Source: Gemmatimonadaceae bacterium
Lineage (GTDB): Bacteria > Gemmatimonadota > Gemmatimonadetes > Gemmatimonadales > Gemmatimonadaceae
Assembly (NCBI GenBank): GCA_051859245.1
Contig: JBHYGA010000006.1
Location: 1-64,000, forward strand
Direction: 5' to 3'
Length of the DNA stretch: 64,000 nucleotides
The notes beneath the pieces are model-generated. The model did not search any database. It had not been told where the DNA came from and saw nothing but the letters and a program-made list of their open reading frames with translations. The translations under genes and the position numbers were made by a program. Every line of letters starts with the position of its first letter. Position 1 is the stretch's first letter. Below are positions 37,980 to 48,367 of the stretch, piece by piece.

Positions 37980-38807
37980 ATGACTTCTCCCACCCAGTTT
38001 GCAGCAGACGTGGCCGCCGCGCGTCTCGCACATCGTTTTCCACCGCACCTTCGGGAGCGGGCCGAAGTGTTGGTGCGGCACTCGTTGCAGTTGCTCTTCC
38101 CGCATTTTGGTGCGCAGCCCTCCACCGAACCCGACGCGGTTCGTGTGGAGGTGGAGCAGCTCTCCCAGTTGGTGCGAGAGACCGTCGCGTCGGTCAGCGA
38201 TGATGCACACGCCGATCGATGCGCATTCGCCTACGCGGCCTCGCTCTTCGAAGTGCGTCACGCACTCACCGACGATGCGAACGCCCTGTTGCTCGGCGAC
38301 CCAGCGGCCGGCAGTCTGGATGAGGTGATTCTGGCCTATCCGGGCTTCCTCGCGACGGCAGTGCATCGCATTGCGAACGTACTGTATCGGGAGCATGTGC
38401 CGTTATTGCCTCGCCTGATGAGCGAATGGGCACATCGAGAGACCGGCATCGACATTCACCCCGGCGCAACGATCGGCAGTGGGTTTGCCATCGATCACGG
38501 CACCGGTGTTGTGATTGGAGAAACCACGACGATCGGTGACCGCGTTCGTGTGTATCAAGGCGTCACACTGGGCGCGCTCGCCGTGCACAAGCGTTTGGCG
38601 CACAGTAAACGACACCCCACGATCGAAGACGGCGTGGTGATTTACGCGAACGCGACAATTCTCGGTGGCGACACGGTTGTTGGCGCCGACAGTATTGTCG
38701 GGGGAAACGTGTGGCTCACGCATAGTGTACCACCACGATCGCGTGTGCAGTTTGAAAGCACGGTGGACACGCGGCCCGCAGACGATGGCATTGAGTTTCA
38801 CATCTGA
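37980..38807 (+). CDS. cysE: Serine O-acetyltransferase (EpsC/CysE type)
   Basis: [44 protein letters not shown]. Confidence 0.93.
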   Translation: MTSPTQFAADVAAARLAHRFPPHLRERAEVLVRHSLQLLFPHFGAQPSTEPDAVRVEVEQLSQLVRETVASVSDDAHADRCAFAYAASLFEVRHALTDDANALLLGDPAAGSLDEVILAYPGFLATAVHRIANVLYREHVPLLPRLMSEWAHRETGIDIHPGATIGSGFAIDHGTGVVIGETTTIGDRVRVYQGVTLGALAVHKRLAHSKRHPTIEDGVVIYANATILGGDTVVGADSIVGGNVWLTHSVPPRSRVQFESTVDTRPADDGIEFHI

Positions 38808-38837
38808 CGCTACCCAGCGTCTTCTTCCGGAGGATTC

Positions 38838-39755
38838 ATGCGCGCCGAATCGATTCTCGAGACCATTGGACGTACGCCCCATGTTCGCTTGCAGCGCATG
38901 TTCGATTCGCGGGTGGAAGTCTGGATGAAACTTGAGCGCGCCAATCCGGGCGGCAGCATCAAGGACCGCATTGCTCTTGCGATGATCGAAGATGCAGAGC
39001 GCTCCGGTGCGCTCACGCCTGGCAGCGTGATTGTTGAGCCAACGTCGGGCAATACGGGGATCGGGCTGGCCATGGTGGCGGCGGTCAAGGGCTACAAGTT
39101 GGTGCTGGTGATGCCCGAGTCCATGTCTGTGGAGCGCCGTCGCATCATGGCCGCGTATGGCGCGACGTTCGAACTCACGGCGCGCGAACTCGGCATGAAG
39201 GGCGCCATGGCGCGCGCGAACGAGCTCGCGGCATCGATGCCGAATGCATGGATGCCCCAGCAGTTTGACAATCCGGCCAACATTCGAGTGCACGCCGAGA
39301 AAACGGCGCGCGAGATTCTTGAAGACTTTCCATTGGGCCTCGACTGCATGATCACGGGTGTGGGCACGGGCGGACACATTACCGGCTGTGCGGAAGCACT
39401 CAAGGCGAACTGGCCCGGATTCCGCGTGCTGGCCGTGGAACCGCTCAAATCACCGGTGATCAGCGGTGGCGCGCCATCTCCGCATCGCATTCAGGGCATT
39501 GGTGCGGGATTCATTCCGGCCAATCTGCACACGTCCGTGCTCGACGGCACTGTACAGGTAACGGAAGAAGACGCGATGCTGATGGCGCAGCGGGCAGCGC
39601 GCGAGGAAGGCATCTTCATCGGCATATCCTCCGGTGCGTCGCTTGCGGCCGTTGCACAAACGCTGCCGGATCTGCCCGACGGCTCACGCGTGATCACGTT
39701 CTGCTATGACACGGGCGAGCGGTACTTGTCGATTGACGGACTGTTTCCGGTGTAG
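38838..39755 (+). CDS. cysK: Cysteine synthase A
   Basis: NPGGSIKDR (PLP Lys), [42 protein letters not shown]. Confidence 0.97.
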   Translation: MRAESILETIGRTPHVRLQRMFDSRVEVWMKLERANPGGSIKDRIALAMIEDAERSGALTPGSVIVEPTSGNTGIGLAMVAAVKGYKLVLVMPESMSVERRRIMAAYGATFELTARELGMKGAMARANELAASMPNAWMPQQFDNPANIRVHAEKTAREILEDFPLGLDCMITGVGTGGHITGCAEALKANWPGFRVLAVEPLKSPVISGGAPSPHRIQGIGAGFIPANLHTSVLDGTVQVTEEDAMLMAQRAAREEGIFIGISSGASLAAVAQTLPDLPDGSRVITFCYDTGERYLSIDGLFPV

Positions 39756-39764
39756 CGTTGTACG

Positions 39765-40979
39765 CTAGCTGAGCAACCGCGCGAGCACGCTCCACAGTGC
39801 TCGTGTGCCCAGCGTGAGTGTGACGACGACAATCACTGCGCCGGCGATATTCGCGCTCACGCCGTTCGCGTGCTCGCCAAGTGTATTGCGATCATTCATC
39901 ACGAACACCAGAAAACCGGCAATGATTGGCAGCAAGAATCCATTTGCTGCCTGAGCGGCGAGAATTGCGGGCAGTGGTTGTACGCCACTGATTGCGACCA
40001 GCAATCCTGTGGCAATTACGGTGAGCCACACAGCGCGCAGGCGTGCATCGCGCAAATCGCGTGGCCAGCCGAGCACGCCGGCTACCGCCCATGCCGCGGC
40101 CATCGGCGCGGTGATCGCGGATGTCATGCCGGCTGCAAACAGGCCGAGTGCAAAGACAACCGTGGCCCATTCGCCGAGCAGCGGTGTGAGTTGCGCGGCC
40201 ATGCTGCCTGCGGAATCCACTGTGGCGCCGCGCGCACCAGCAGCGGTAGCGGTGACAACGATCGCCATGGAAACGAGTCCACCGAGGCCAATCGCGACGA
40301 CCGAATCAAGTCTCGCCGCGAGCAGTCGATCGCGTGGTGTTCCGTCGGTAAATCGTTCGGCCGCTGCGCTGGCGTGCAAGAACAAGTTGTACGGTACGAT
40401 GGTGGTCCCGATCAAACCGAGCGCCAGCAACGCGGAGCCTTCGGGTAGCCGCGGCCGCACGAGGTCACGCACAATCGCGCCCCAATCGGGAGAGACGGCG
40501 ACGGCAGTAATCAGAAACAGCAACGACATGATGATCACAAGCGTGACCAGCACTCGCTCGATCACGCGATAGCGACCCGTGAACAACAGGAGCGCCGCGC
40601 AGCATGCAACAACTGCGGCCCAGATGCGCGGTCCACCGGTCAACGCGATATCGAGACCGAGTGCGGCGCCGAGCAGGTTGCCGGTCTGGTAGGCGGCGTT
40701 TCCGCCGGCGATTGCAAAGATGACAAGTGACACGACGAACGTACGTGCCACTCGTGCTGTCACGCGCTTGCGCAGCGCCTCACCAAGTCCGAGACCGCCG
40801 ATCGTGCCAAGTCGCGCGGACATTTCCTGCAGAATGATCGTGCCGATTGTAGCAAACGCGAGGGCCCAGAGCAGCGTGGTCCCGCTGCGCACGCCCGCGA
40901 GCGTACATGTGGTGACTGTGCCAGGTCCAATGAACGCGGCGGCAACCAGCGCGCCGGGACCGATGCGAACTCGGGCCAC
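39765..40979 (-). CDS. Nramp-family divalent metal transporter
   Basis: GPGALVAAAFIGPGT, QEMSARLG, GTTIVPYNLFLH, AQAANG. Confidence 0.9.
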   Translation of the reverse strand: MARVRIGPGALVAAAFIGPGTVTTCTLAGVRSGTTLLWALAFATIGTIILQEMSARLGTIGGLGLGEALRKRVTARVARTFVVSLVIFAIAGGNAAYQTGNLLGAALGLDIALTGGPRIWAAVVACCAALLLFTGRYRVIERVLVTLVIIMSLLFLITAVAVSPDWGAIVRDLVRPRLPEGSALLALGLIGTTIVPYNLFLHASAAAERFTDGTPRDRLLAARLDSVVAIGLGGLVSMAIVVTATAAGARGATVDSAGSMAAQLTPLLGEWATVVFALGLFAAGMTSAITAPMAAAWAVAGVLGWPRDLRDARLRAVWLTVIATGLLVAISGVQPLPAILAAQAANGFLLPIIAGFLVFVMNDRNTLGEHANGVSANIAGAVIVVVTLTLGTRALWSVLARLLS

Positions 40980-41000
40980 GCGAGTAGGCGCGGCCTCAGC

Positions 41001-41582
41001 CTACAGTGAGTCGAGCAAGTCGTCGATCGCGCGCTTATCTGCGTCGCGCAGCTCGTCTCCGCCACCAATGATCTTTTGCAGAATATCAACCGCTTCTGCT
41101 GCAAGATCTTCGGGATGGCGTCGGTCTTTTTCGAACCGCACGATATGGCCGAGCAAAATGGTCTCGTACGGATGCGCGGGCCCGTTGTCTTCGTCGCTTT
41201 CGCTCTCTTCGTAACTCGGCACACTCGCCTTCCACGGCTCATGCTCATGGGCGGCTTCTTCGAGCGCATCGCGCGGGACCAGCGCGAACAACCGACACTG
41301 CAGGCCAGGCGATTCTTCAAACGCGAAGAGTCCAATCGGCAGCGGCTCTTCGAACAGCTTCAGGGCAACAAGGCGATCAATTGCCTCGGGGGGCATCGCG
41401 CATCGCGCGACCAGTCGCCCGTCGATGTACGCGGCGAGCGCACTTGACTCGGGTGCGCGCGGATCCTCGAGGCGTGAGACAGACAAGCGAATGGGCTCCC
41501 GCGTGGTGACAAACACGGCGGGGCGCGATTCGCTGTCGTTCTCGTCGTCGCTGTTGGTAAAGTCGAGCGGATCGTCAGCCAT
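41001..41582 (-). CDS. Hypothetical acidic cytoplasmic protein
   Basis: 193-aa ORF with GC-rich codon usage filling the gap between genes; no motif recognised. Confidence 0.75.
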   Translation of the reverse strand: MADDPLDFTNSDDENDSESRPAVFVTTREPIRLSVSRLEDPRAPESSALAAYIDGRLVARCAMPPEAIDRLVALKLFEEPLPIGLFAFEESPGLQCRLFALVPRDALEEAAHEHEPWKASVPSYEESESDEDNGPAHPYETILLGHIVRFEKDRRHPEDLAAEAVDILQKIIGGGDELRDADKRAIDDLLDSL

Positions 41583-41702
41583 GGCGGCGAATGGGATGGC
41601 ACGAAATGAAGACAGGGCGTTTTGGCGCCACCTGCAGGTTAGACACCGGACGTCGTGATATAAAGCCCATCGTTAGCCCGCACGCGCGGAACCTCGCGCG
41701 GG

Positions 41703-43460
41703 TCATGATTTCTGGCCGGGGACGTCACCGGGTTCCGTCTTCTCGAATACGCTACCCAACGCCATCCAGATTGGCACCAGTTCCGCCAGCACGATCGCGA
41801 GTGCGATGGCAGCGGCCACCGGTACGCTCCACGCGCCCCACCACATGCGGCCGATGAACGCCATGGCCAGACCCAGCAGCGCCGGAAACACGAGCGCCAC
41901 GGCTGCAACGACCAGCGTGATGCCGAAGGTAAGCATGGTCTGGCCCATGGCTTCAAAGCCTCGGCGGTCGGTCCCCAGTTGCACCCACGCCGGATACAGA
42001 AGCGCCAGGCCGTTTTGCACGGTGAACGTGAGCAGGTTGAACATCGGAACCAGCAACAGCACGGTCAGCGCGGCTGGCCACGGCGCACCCACAAGGTCAA
42101 GCGCGCTGGCACGCGTGGATTCGTTGAAGATCGCGAAAACCACTGGCACCATCAGGAGCGCGAAGATCGTGATGGAGTGCAGGATCGACACGCCCACAAT
42201 TTCGGCGCTCACAATCGCGCGCCCACTGAGTGGCAGCGTGCGAATGGTGCCGAGGTCGCGCAGATCAAGGCGCAGATCGAATCGCGTCCACACGGGTCCG
42301 AGCTGCAACAGCATGAAGCCCCAGATCACGGTGATCGACAGCACCGCCTCGAACGGCATGCCGACAGACGCCTGTAGCGCGAGTAATGATCCGGCGAAGA
42401 CCACAATGAAAATGGCAAGTTGCCGTAACCACCCGCCGCCGCGCAGCGCCGCCGCGTGATTCTTCCACGCAATCATGATGGCGGGATGACCGAAGCGCGG
42501 GATCGGCAGAATACGGGCGACCGATCCGCGCTTGGAGCGCTTGGTGGAGAGCTGTTTGCCCGACAGGGAGGCAATAGCCTTGGCCCGTTCCTGCGACGCT
42601 TCAAGGGCCGCCTCTTCGAATGCCGCGTCGGTGCGTACTACCCACATGAAGTGCAGCAACAGTACAAGCAGCGCGGGTCCGAGAGACCACAACCACGCGG
42701 TACCTGACGTGGCGAACACGGGTGCGACCAGCGCTTGCACTGGTGCGAGTACGATGCGCGCGGCGGGGTGCTGCAAGGCATCGTGCACGGCGCCGAGCAC
42801 CGTACCAAAGCCGAGCACCCACGAGGACGTAATTGCGGGACGTGCTTGCCACAGCAGCGTGGCGATGGTGCCGAACATGACGACAAACACCATCACAGGC
42901 AAAGCAGCGCGTTTTCGTCCTGCACTGCTGTTCTGCGCGGCACTCAGTCGCACGAGGGCTGCGGCAAGCCGATGCAGCGTGAAGGTGGAGAACAGAATCC
43001 AGAGCGCGATGCCACGTTGCCAGCCTTCAATGGACGCACCGCTGCCACGCAGCAACACAACCCAAATCAGGACGTTCAGCAGAATCGCCAGTTGACCGCG
43101 CACCAGTTTGGATTGTACCAGCTCGCGTCGCGAAATGGGCGCCGGAAACAACAGGTGCACTTCTGCGGGTGTAAACGCGAGCGCCGTTCGATCGGGTTTG
43201 CTTAACCACCAGCGTGCCGACAGCAACAGCAGCACGGCCGCAACGACCGTTTCACCGGCACCGTTCGTATTGATCGAGGTAAACGGCGAAGACTCGGGAT
43301 TGCCGTTGGCCTGGACCACGAACCACAGGTACAAGCCGCCGAGCAACATGGCCACGACGTAGCGTGGTTGCCGAAGCTGCGCCTTCTGCGCGAGCACACG
43401 ATTTCGCGCGGACGCAAACCAGAGATACGTGAGTGCCGATGCCGTGGTGCGCGTGCTCAC
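41703..43460 (-). CDS. Putative ABC exporter permease
   Basis: Multi-TM, FTPAEVHLLFPAPISRREL, RTLPLSG; GTGA overlap with the ATPase gene. Confidence 0.85.
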   Translation of the reverse strand: MSTRTTASALTYLWFASARNRVLAQKAQLRQPRYVVAMLLGGLYLWFVVQANGNPESSPFTSINTNGAGETVVAAVLLLLSARWWLSKPDRTALAFTPAEVHLLFPAPISRRELVQSKLVRGQLAILLNVLIWVVLLRGSGASIEGWQRGIALWILFSTFTLHRLAAALVRLSAAQNSSAGRKRAALPVMVFVVMFGTIATLLWQARPAITSSWVLGFGTVLGAVHDALQHPAARIVLAPVQALVAPVFATSGTAWLWSLGPALLVLLLHFMWVVRTDAAFEEAALEASQERAKAIASLSGKQLSTKRSKRGSVARILPIPRFGHPAIMIAWKNHAAALRGGGWLRQLAIFIVVFAGSLLALQASVGMPFEAVLSITVIWGFMLLQLGPVWTRFDLRLDLRDLGTIRTLPLSGRAIVSAEIVGVSILHSITIFALLMVPVVFAIFNESTRASALDLVGAPWPAALTVLLLVPMFNLLTFTVQNGLALLYPAWVQLGTDRRGFEAMGQTMLTFGITLVVAAVALVFPALLGLAMAFIGRMWWGAWSVPVAAAIALAIVLAELVPIWMALGSVFEKTEPGDVPGQKS

Positions 43461-44266
43461 TCGTCGCGCGCAGGCATGTGTTCAACCGCGACTGGCGTGG
43501 TCTCGGTGGACGCGTCCGCGCGCGTCGCGGTGTCTGCACTGTGCGGGTCAGTGCCGGTGAGCGCAATGAACATGTCTTCCAGCGACAAGCCCGCGAGCTC
43601 CGGACGTTCGGCCACGATCTCCGGGATCGTGCCGTACGCCACTCGTTCGCCACGGCGGATCACGAGCAGACGCGTGCACAACTCCTGCACCAGATGCAGC
43701 AGATGTGAACTGAGAATGACGGCGGAGCCTGCGCGCGCTCGCGCCGCAATCGTTGCTTTCATGCGCCGAATACCAACTGGATCAAGCCCAGTGAGTGGTT
43801 CGTCAAGCATGAGGGCGACAGGATCGTGCAGCAATCCGCACGCAATCGCGAGCTTTTGTTTCATACCACGCGAGAGTTCCGTAGGCAGCGCGTCGCGTTT
43901 TGCATCGAGTTCGAGTTCAACGAGCAGCGGATCAATTCGCGACTCCGCATCGCGAACACGATAGAGCCGCGCCATGAACCGGAGATGCTCAACAACCGTG
44001 AGATACTCAAAGAGTTGCGGTTCATCGGGAATGAACGCGAGGTGACGCTTGGCTTCGACCGGATGCGCGACGAGATCAATACCGTTGACACGGATCGTGC
44101 CCGATGTGGGCTGCAGAATCCCTGCAAGCGCACGCAACGTGCTGGTTTTTCCTGCACCGTTCGGGCCAACAAGTCCGAGCACATCACCCGGAGCAACGGT
44201 AAACGACAAGTTGTGTACTGCGCGAAAATCGCCGTAAAGTTTGTTGTATTGCGAAACTTCAATCAC
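43457..44266 (-). CDS. ABC transporter ATP-binding protein
   Basis: GPNGAGKTS, LSRGMKQK, LDEPLTGLD, SSH. Confidence 0.95.
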   Translation of the reverse strand: MIEVSQYNKLYGDFRAVHNLSFTVAPGDVLGLVGPNGAGKTSTLRALAGILQPTSGTIRVNGIDLVAHPVEAKRHLAFIPDEPQLFEYLTVVEHLRFMARLYRVRDAESRIDPLLVELELDAKRDALPTELSRGMKQKLAIACGLLHDPVALMLDEPLTGLDPVGIRRMKATIAARARAGSAVILSSHLLHLVQELCTRLLVIRRGERVAYGTIPEIVAERPELAGLSLEDMFIALTGTDPHSADTATRADASTETTPVAVEHMPARDE

Positions 44267-45183
44267 ACGCCCGTTCCGTTCGTAAGCAGTGGTTCCGTGA
44301 GCACCACACGAACAGTACCACCGGCCGCGAGACATCGCTCGGTCGTTCCGCCACGTCGCGCTGCTACAGTCCCGGCCGCCGCACCACCCGCGGCGCCAAT
44401 CACGGCACCCTTGGTGTCGCCACCCAGAATGCGTCCGGCAATCGCGCCAGCAATCGCGCCGCCAATGATTTTGGCTTTATCGTTGCCACCGGCAACACGC
44501 GCGTTGCTGAGCTCGCTTTCGATCGCGGCGGTGGCAGTCACCGGTAACAGTGCACCATCTATTGAAACGGACAGCACGCGAAAAGTGAGTGTGCTATCAG
44601 TCGCTGTAGCGAGCTCAAGCAGAACGGGTGTGCCCGCCGCCAAGCGTACGCCGTCCGCACCCGCCACATCGCTGGCGAGTCGCATCACCACACGATCGCC
44701 GGGTCGATTGGTGGTGTTGCACACGCGAGTGCCGGTCGCTCCAACCAGCGCGGTACCCGCGCCGAGCATGGCGCGTCGTGCGGGTGCGGGAGCCGGCGCG
44801 TTGACCGGCGCAGGTTCTGCGCTGGGCGCAGGTGCGGGCGCGGTCTCAACCACATCGGGCGTTGGCGCTGGACGCGGCGTTGTGGACTGGGGGCGCGCTG
44901 CTGGAACGCGCGCCGGTGATGGCGCCCGTGACGGCGGTGCCACCGGCGAAACGACAGGCGTTGGCGTGCGCTCGGAGGTGGCCGTGTCGCCGAAAGTGGA
45001 CAACGGTGTGGTGGACGGCGCCGTGGCAAGACTCAAGTCGCGCTCGAGCGCGGGATCGAGTGACGATGCCCGGTCGCCGGACGTCTCGCACGCAGAGAGC
45101 GCGCACACGATTCCCGCGAAAAAGAGGCCTCGCGTAAACGGCTGAGCACGATTGGCGAAAAAAGCCACGCTTTTGTTCATCAT
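44263..45183 (-). CDS. Pro-rich lipoprotein with glycine-zipper motif
   Basis: Lipobox LSAC, Pro/Ala linker, IGGAIAGAIAG..GAVIGAAGGAAAG. Confidence 0.8.
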   Translation of the reverse strand: MMNKSVAFFANRAQPFTRGLFFAGIVCALSACETSGDRASSLDPALERDLSLATAPSTTPLSTFGDTATSERTPTPVVSPVAPPSRAPSPARVPAARPQSTTPRPAPTPDVVETAPAPAPSAEPAPVNAPAPAPARRAMLGAGTALVGATGTRVCNTTNRPGDRVVMRLASDVAGADGVRLAAGTPVLLELATATDSTLTFRVLSVSIDGALLPVTATAAIESELSNARVAGGNDKAKIIGGAIAGAIAGRILGGDTKGAVIGAAGGAAAGTVAARRGGTTERCLAAGGTVRVVLTEPLLTNGTGV

Positions 45184-45298
45184 GTGACGATACTCCCTCT
45201 GAGAGCGCGCCGCGACTGCCGTGATCCACGCGGGCGTAGCTCCACTACTCGCCGCGAGCGTTCGCGGTTCCGATTGCCACTTCCCGAGACACCGCCGC

Positions 45299-46555
45299 AT
45301 GGCATCTTCGTCGCTGCCACTTCCACCGACTGCACAGGACGTCTGCCTCGCTCGGCAGCCGATCTTTGACCTGGGCAATCGGTGTGTGGCCTACGAGCTG
45401 CTCTATCGCGCCAACGCGGTGTCGACGAGCGCCGGCGGTTTTTCGGTGGACGCCATGTGCAGCGACACAGCCTTGCATGCGGTCGTGTCGATCGGACTGG
45501 ATCGGCTGACCGCCGGTGCGCCCGCGTGGATCAATCTGGGGCGCGAACACCTCGTGGCAGATCTATACCGGGTGTTCAATCCGCGCGAAGTCGTGCTCGA
45601 ACTGCTCGAAACCATCACGCCCGATCAGCAGGTCATTGACGCGTGCCGGCGTGCGGTGAGCGAAGGCTACACCATCGCGCTCGATGATTTCGAAGGAAAG
45701 TCATCGTGGGTGCCGCTGCTCGAAATCGCGTCGATCGTCAAGGTAGATGTGCTGGGACATGATGCGGTCAGTCTGTCCTCGTTCATTGCACCGCTGCGTC
45801 GCTACACACATCTCACGCTGCTGGCCGAGCGGGTGGAAACCGGATCCATGCGCGTGCTCTGCGCAAAGCTCGGATTCAGTCTGTTTCAGGGCTACTACTT
45901 CAGCCGACCGGAAACCCTCGGCGGACGCGCACTGTCGCTGCAACAAGTGACGATTGCCAATCTGCTGCAGCTGTTGAGCGATCCCGAAGTGAGTGAGCGT
46001 GCGCTTGACGAGGCGTTTGGATCGCACCCGTCGTTATCATACGCCCTGCTGCGCATTGTAAACTCGGCAAGTCTTGGCTTTCGGAATGTCGAATCCATTC
46101 CGTACGCGGTACAACTGCTCGGCCGCGCTGCGCTCTCGCGCTGGCTGCTGATCCTGCTCGTGTCGGGTGTCGCGTCGCGCAATCCGATTGCACAGGAAGC
46201 CGTGAAGCACGCGCTGGTACGCGCACGGTTCTGCGAGATCGTGACAGCGGCAACCGGATCCGGCGATCCGTCGGCGCGATTCCTTGTGGGATTGCTGTCG
46301 CGCTTTGATGTGTTGCTGGGCCTGCCAATGACAGAGGTGCTTGATCGACTGCCGGTCAGTGCCGATGTGCGCGACGCGCTGCTCCACGGCGTGGGCCCAC
46401 ACGCCCATGTGCTCTCGCTGATTGAAGCGTACGAGCACGCTGCGTGGGAGACGGTATCGGAGTTGGGCGCAACGACCGGCGCGTCGCTCGGCGAAGCGTA
46501 CGTGCAGGCCGTAACGTGGGCCGAATCGCGCCTGTCGGTAAGCCCAACGCCGTAA
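45299..46555 (+). CDS. EAL + HDOD domain protein (YuxH/PdeH-like c-di-GMP phosphodiesterase)
   Basis: ARQPIFD, YELLYR, ALDDF, KVD, AERVET, FQGYYFSRP; HDOD part LLRIVNSA, FLVGLLS. Confidence 0.9.
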   Translation: MASSSLPLPPTAQDVCLARQPIFDLGNRCVAYELLYRANAVSTSAGGFSVDAMCSDTALHAVVSIGLDRLTAGAPAWINLGREHLVADLYRVFNPREVVLELLETITPDQQVIDACRRAVSEGYTIALDDFEGKSSWVPLLEIASIVKVDVLGHDAVSLSSFIAPLRRYTHLTLLAERVETGSMRVLCAKLGFSLFQGYYFSRPETLGGRALSLQQVTIANLLQLLSDPEVSERALDEAFGSHPSLSYALLRIVNSASLGFRNVESIPYAVQLLGRAALSRWLLILLVSGVASRNPIAQEAVKHALVRARFCEIVTAATGSGDPSARFLVGLLSRFDVLLGLPMTEVLDRLPVSADVRDALLHGVGPHAHVLSLIEAYEHAAWETVSELGATTGASLGEAYVQAVTWAESRLSVSPTP

Positions 46556-46598
46556 ACGTTTGCTGACGGTTGGTGAACGCTAACAACGTCCCGCGTGT

Positions 46599-47474
46599 TT
46601 ACGGGGTTTTGGCGTTCGACGAACCTGACGGAGGACTCGGCGCCTCAACGGCCGGCGGTCCCTGTTCGATCGGTGCGTCGCCAACGACCCCTTCCGGCAC
46701 ATTGGTGAACGGAAGCAGCAGCGAAATACGACGATTCGCCGGCGCCGACGGATCATTGGGCACGCGCAGTCGCTTGTCGGCGTACCCGCGCACTTCGACC
46801 AGACGTTCCTGTCCAACACCAGACGCTTCCAGAACTCGACGAGCCGCGTTTGCACGATCCGAGCTTAGCTCCCAGTTCGTGTACGAGGCATCAGGGCTGA
46901 ACTTCGCGGCGTCGGTGTGTCCTTCCAGCACGATCGGATGTGAGAGTGTAGACAGTTCACTGCCCACCACTTGCAACACGAGCGCGATCGCCGGCTTGAT
47001 CGTGGCGGAGCCAAGCGGGAAATACACATCGCCGGCGCCACTTTCGATCAGCTCGATGCGCAGACCTTCGCTCGTGACGGCCACTTCAACGTCCGCCTTG
47101 AGCTTGGCGAGCGAGTCGTTGGCCTGCAGCTTGGCCAGAATGCGCTGTTTGGCGGCCTCGAATGTTTTTTCTTCATTGGCGCGAACCACCAGGCGCAGCG
47201 GCGTACGTTGCATGGTCGTGATGGTAGAGCCCACGGCAATCGGGCTTGATCCCGCACCGTAGCCTTTGCGATAGCCAACGGGATTCGAGAAGTAGCCCTC
47301 GATCGCGGACTTGGTCTGGTCGTCCATGCCAAGAATCCACATCACCATGAAGAAGGCCATCATCGCGGTCACGAAGTCGGCGTATGCCACTTTCCACGAA
47401 CCACCATGGTGGCCGCCGTGCCCGGCGACCTTCTTCTTGACGATGACGATTTTCTTGCCGCCGCGAGCTGACAT
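46599..47474 (-). CDS. motB: Flagellar stator protein MotB (proton-type by TM motif)
   Basis: HGGSWKVAYADFVTAMMAFFMVMW, GHTDA, NWELSSDRA, NRRISL. Confidence 0.97.
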   Translation of the reverse strand: MSARGGKKIVIVKKKVAGHGGHHGGSWKVAYADFVTAMMAFFMVMWILGMDDQTKSAIEGYFSNPVGYRKGYGAGSSPIAVGSTITTMQRTPLRLVVRANEEKTFEAAKQRILAKLQANDSLAKLKADVEVAVTSEGLRIELIESGAGDVYFPLGSATIKPAIALVLQVVGSELSTLSHPIVLEGHTDAAKFSPDASYTNWELSSDRANAARRVLEASGVGQERLVEVRGYADKRLRVPNDPSAPANRRISLLLPFTNVPEGVVGDAPIEQGPPAVEAPSPPSGSSNAKTP

Positions 47475-47476
47475 GC

Positions 47477-48334
47477 TTAGGCCGCCTTCTTGCGCGTCAT
47501 TTCTTCGAGCTCCGAGAAGCTAGGACGCTCGTGTGGCTCGACGTTGCGACGGGCGAACTCTACTGCGGTCATGGGCGCATCGCCGCGGGCAAACGAGAGC
47601 AGAGCGGTACGGATGCACAACATGTAATCGTTCTCCGCGTGAATCCGTGACGTGATCGCCGCAGCGATTGGGCTGAGCAATCCGTAAGCGAGAAGGATTC
47701 CGAGAAACGTGCCTACAAGTGCAGCAGCAACCTTCTGTCCGATCTCTGCGGCCTCACCACCGATTGACCCCATGGTGATGATGACGCCGAGCACGGCGGC
47801 TACGATGCCGAAGCCCGGCATGGCGTCGCTTACAGCAGAGACCGCTTGCGGCACCTTCATTGCTTCGTGATGATGTTTCTCGAGATCGAGGTCGAGGATT
47901 TCCGCGAGGTTGTGGTCTTCAACGGCGCCGGTCAGCAGCACTTTGAGTGTGTCACACAACAATGACACCGCATGATGATTGTTAAGAAATGAGGGATACT
48001 TCTGAAAAATGTCGGACGCTTTTGGATCTTCAATGTGTGCTTCAAGTCCAACGAGTCCGTCCTTTCGTGCCTTCTGAAAGATTTCGTAAAGAACCTGCAG
48101 CAGTTCGGCGTACGCTTGCGCGCCGAACGGGGTAGGCTTCACGAGTGCCACTAATTGTCCGATTGTAGCTTTGATGACTGCCGGAGGGTTCGCAGCAATG
48201 AGTGCGCCGAGTCCGGCACCACCAATGATCACGAACTCGCTGGGCTGAATCAAAACTGCCAGTTGGCCGTGGTGCATGACGTAGCCACCCAGCACGGCAC
48301 CGAAGACGATGACTAATCCGATAATGACGATCAC
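47477..48334 (-). CDS. motA: Flagellar stator protein MotA
   Basis: QPSEFVIIGG, ARKDGLVGLE, MPGFGIVAAVLG, AALVGTFLG, RPSFSELE. Confidence 0.97.
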   Translation of the reverse strand: MIVIIGLVIVFGAVLGGYVMHHGQLAVLIQPSEFVIIGGAGLGALIAANPPAVIKATIGQLVALVKPTPFGAQAYAELLQVLYEIFQKARKDGLVGLEAHIEDPKASDIFQKYPSFLNNHHAVSLLCDTLKVLLTGAVEDHNLAEILDLDLEKHHHEAMKVPQAVSAVSDAMPGFGIVAAVLGVIITMGSIGGEAAEIGQKVAAALVGTFLGILLAYGLLSPIAAAITSRIHAENDYMLCIRTALLSFARGDAPMTAVEFARRNVEPHERPSFSELEEMTRKKAA

Positions 48335-48367
48335 GCGGTCGTACCTGAGCCTGAGTGGTGATTACAC

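Noticed and set aside
46599..47474. Na+-driven stator suggested by the nearby antiporter cluster
   Set aside because: MotB has Val 11 residues after the conserved Asp, as in proton-type E. coli MotB
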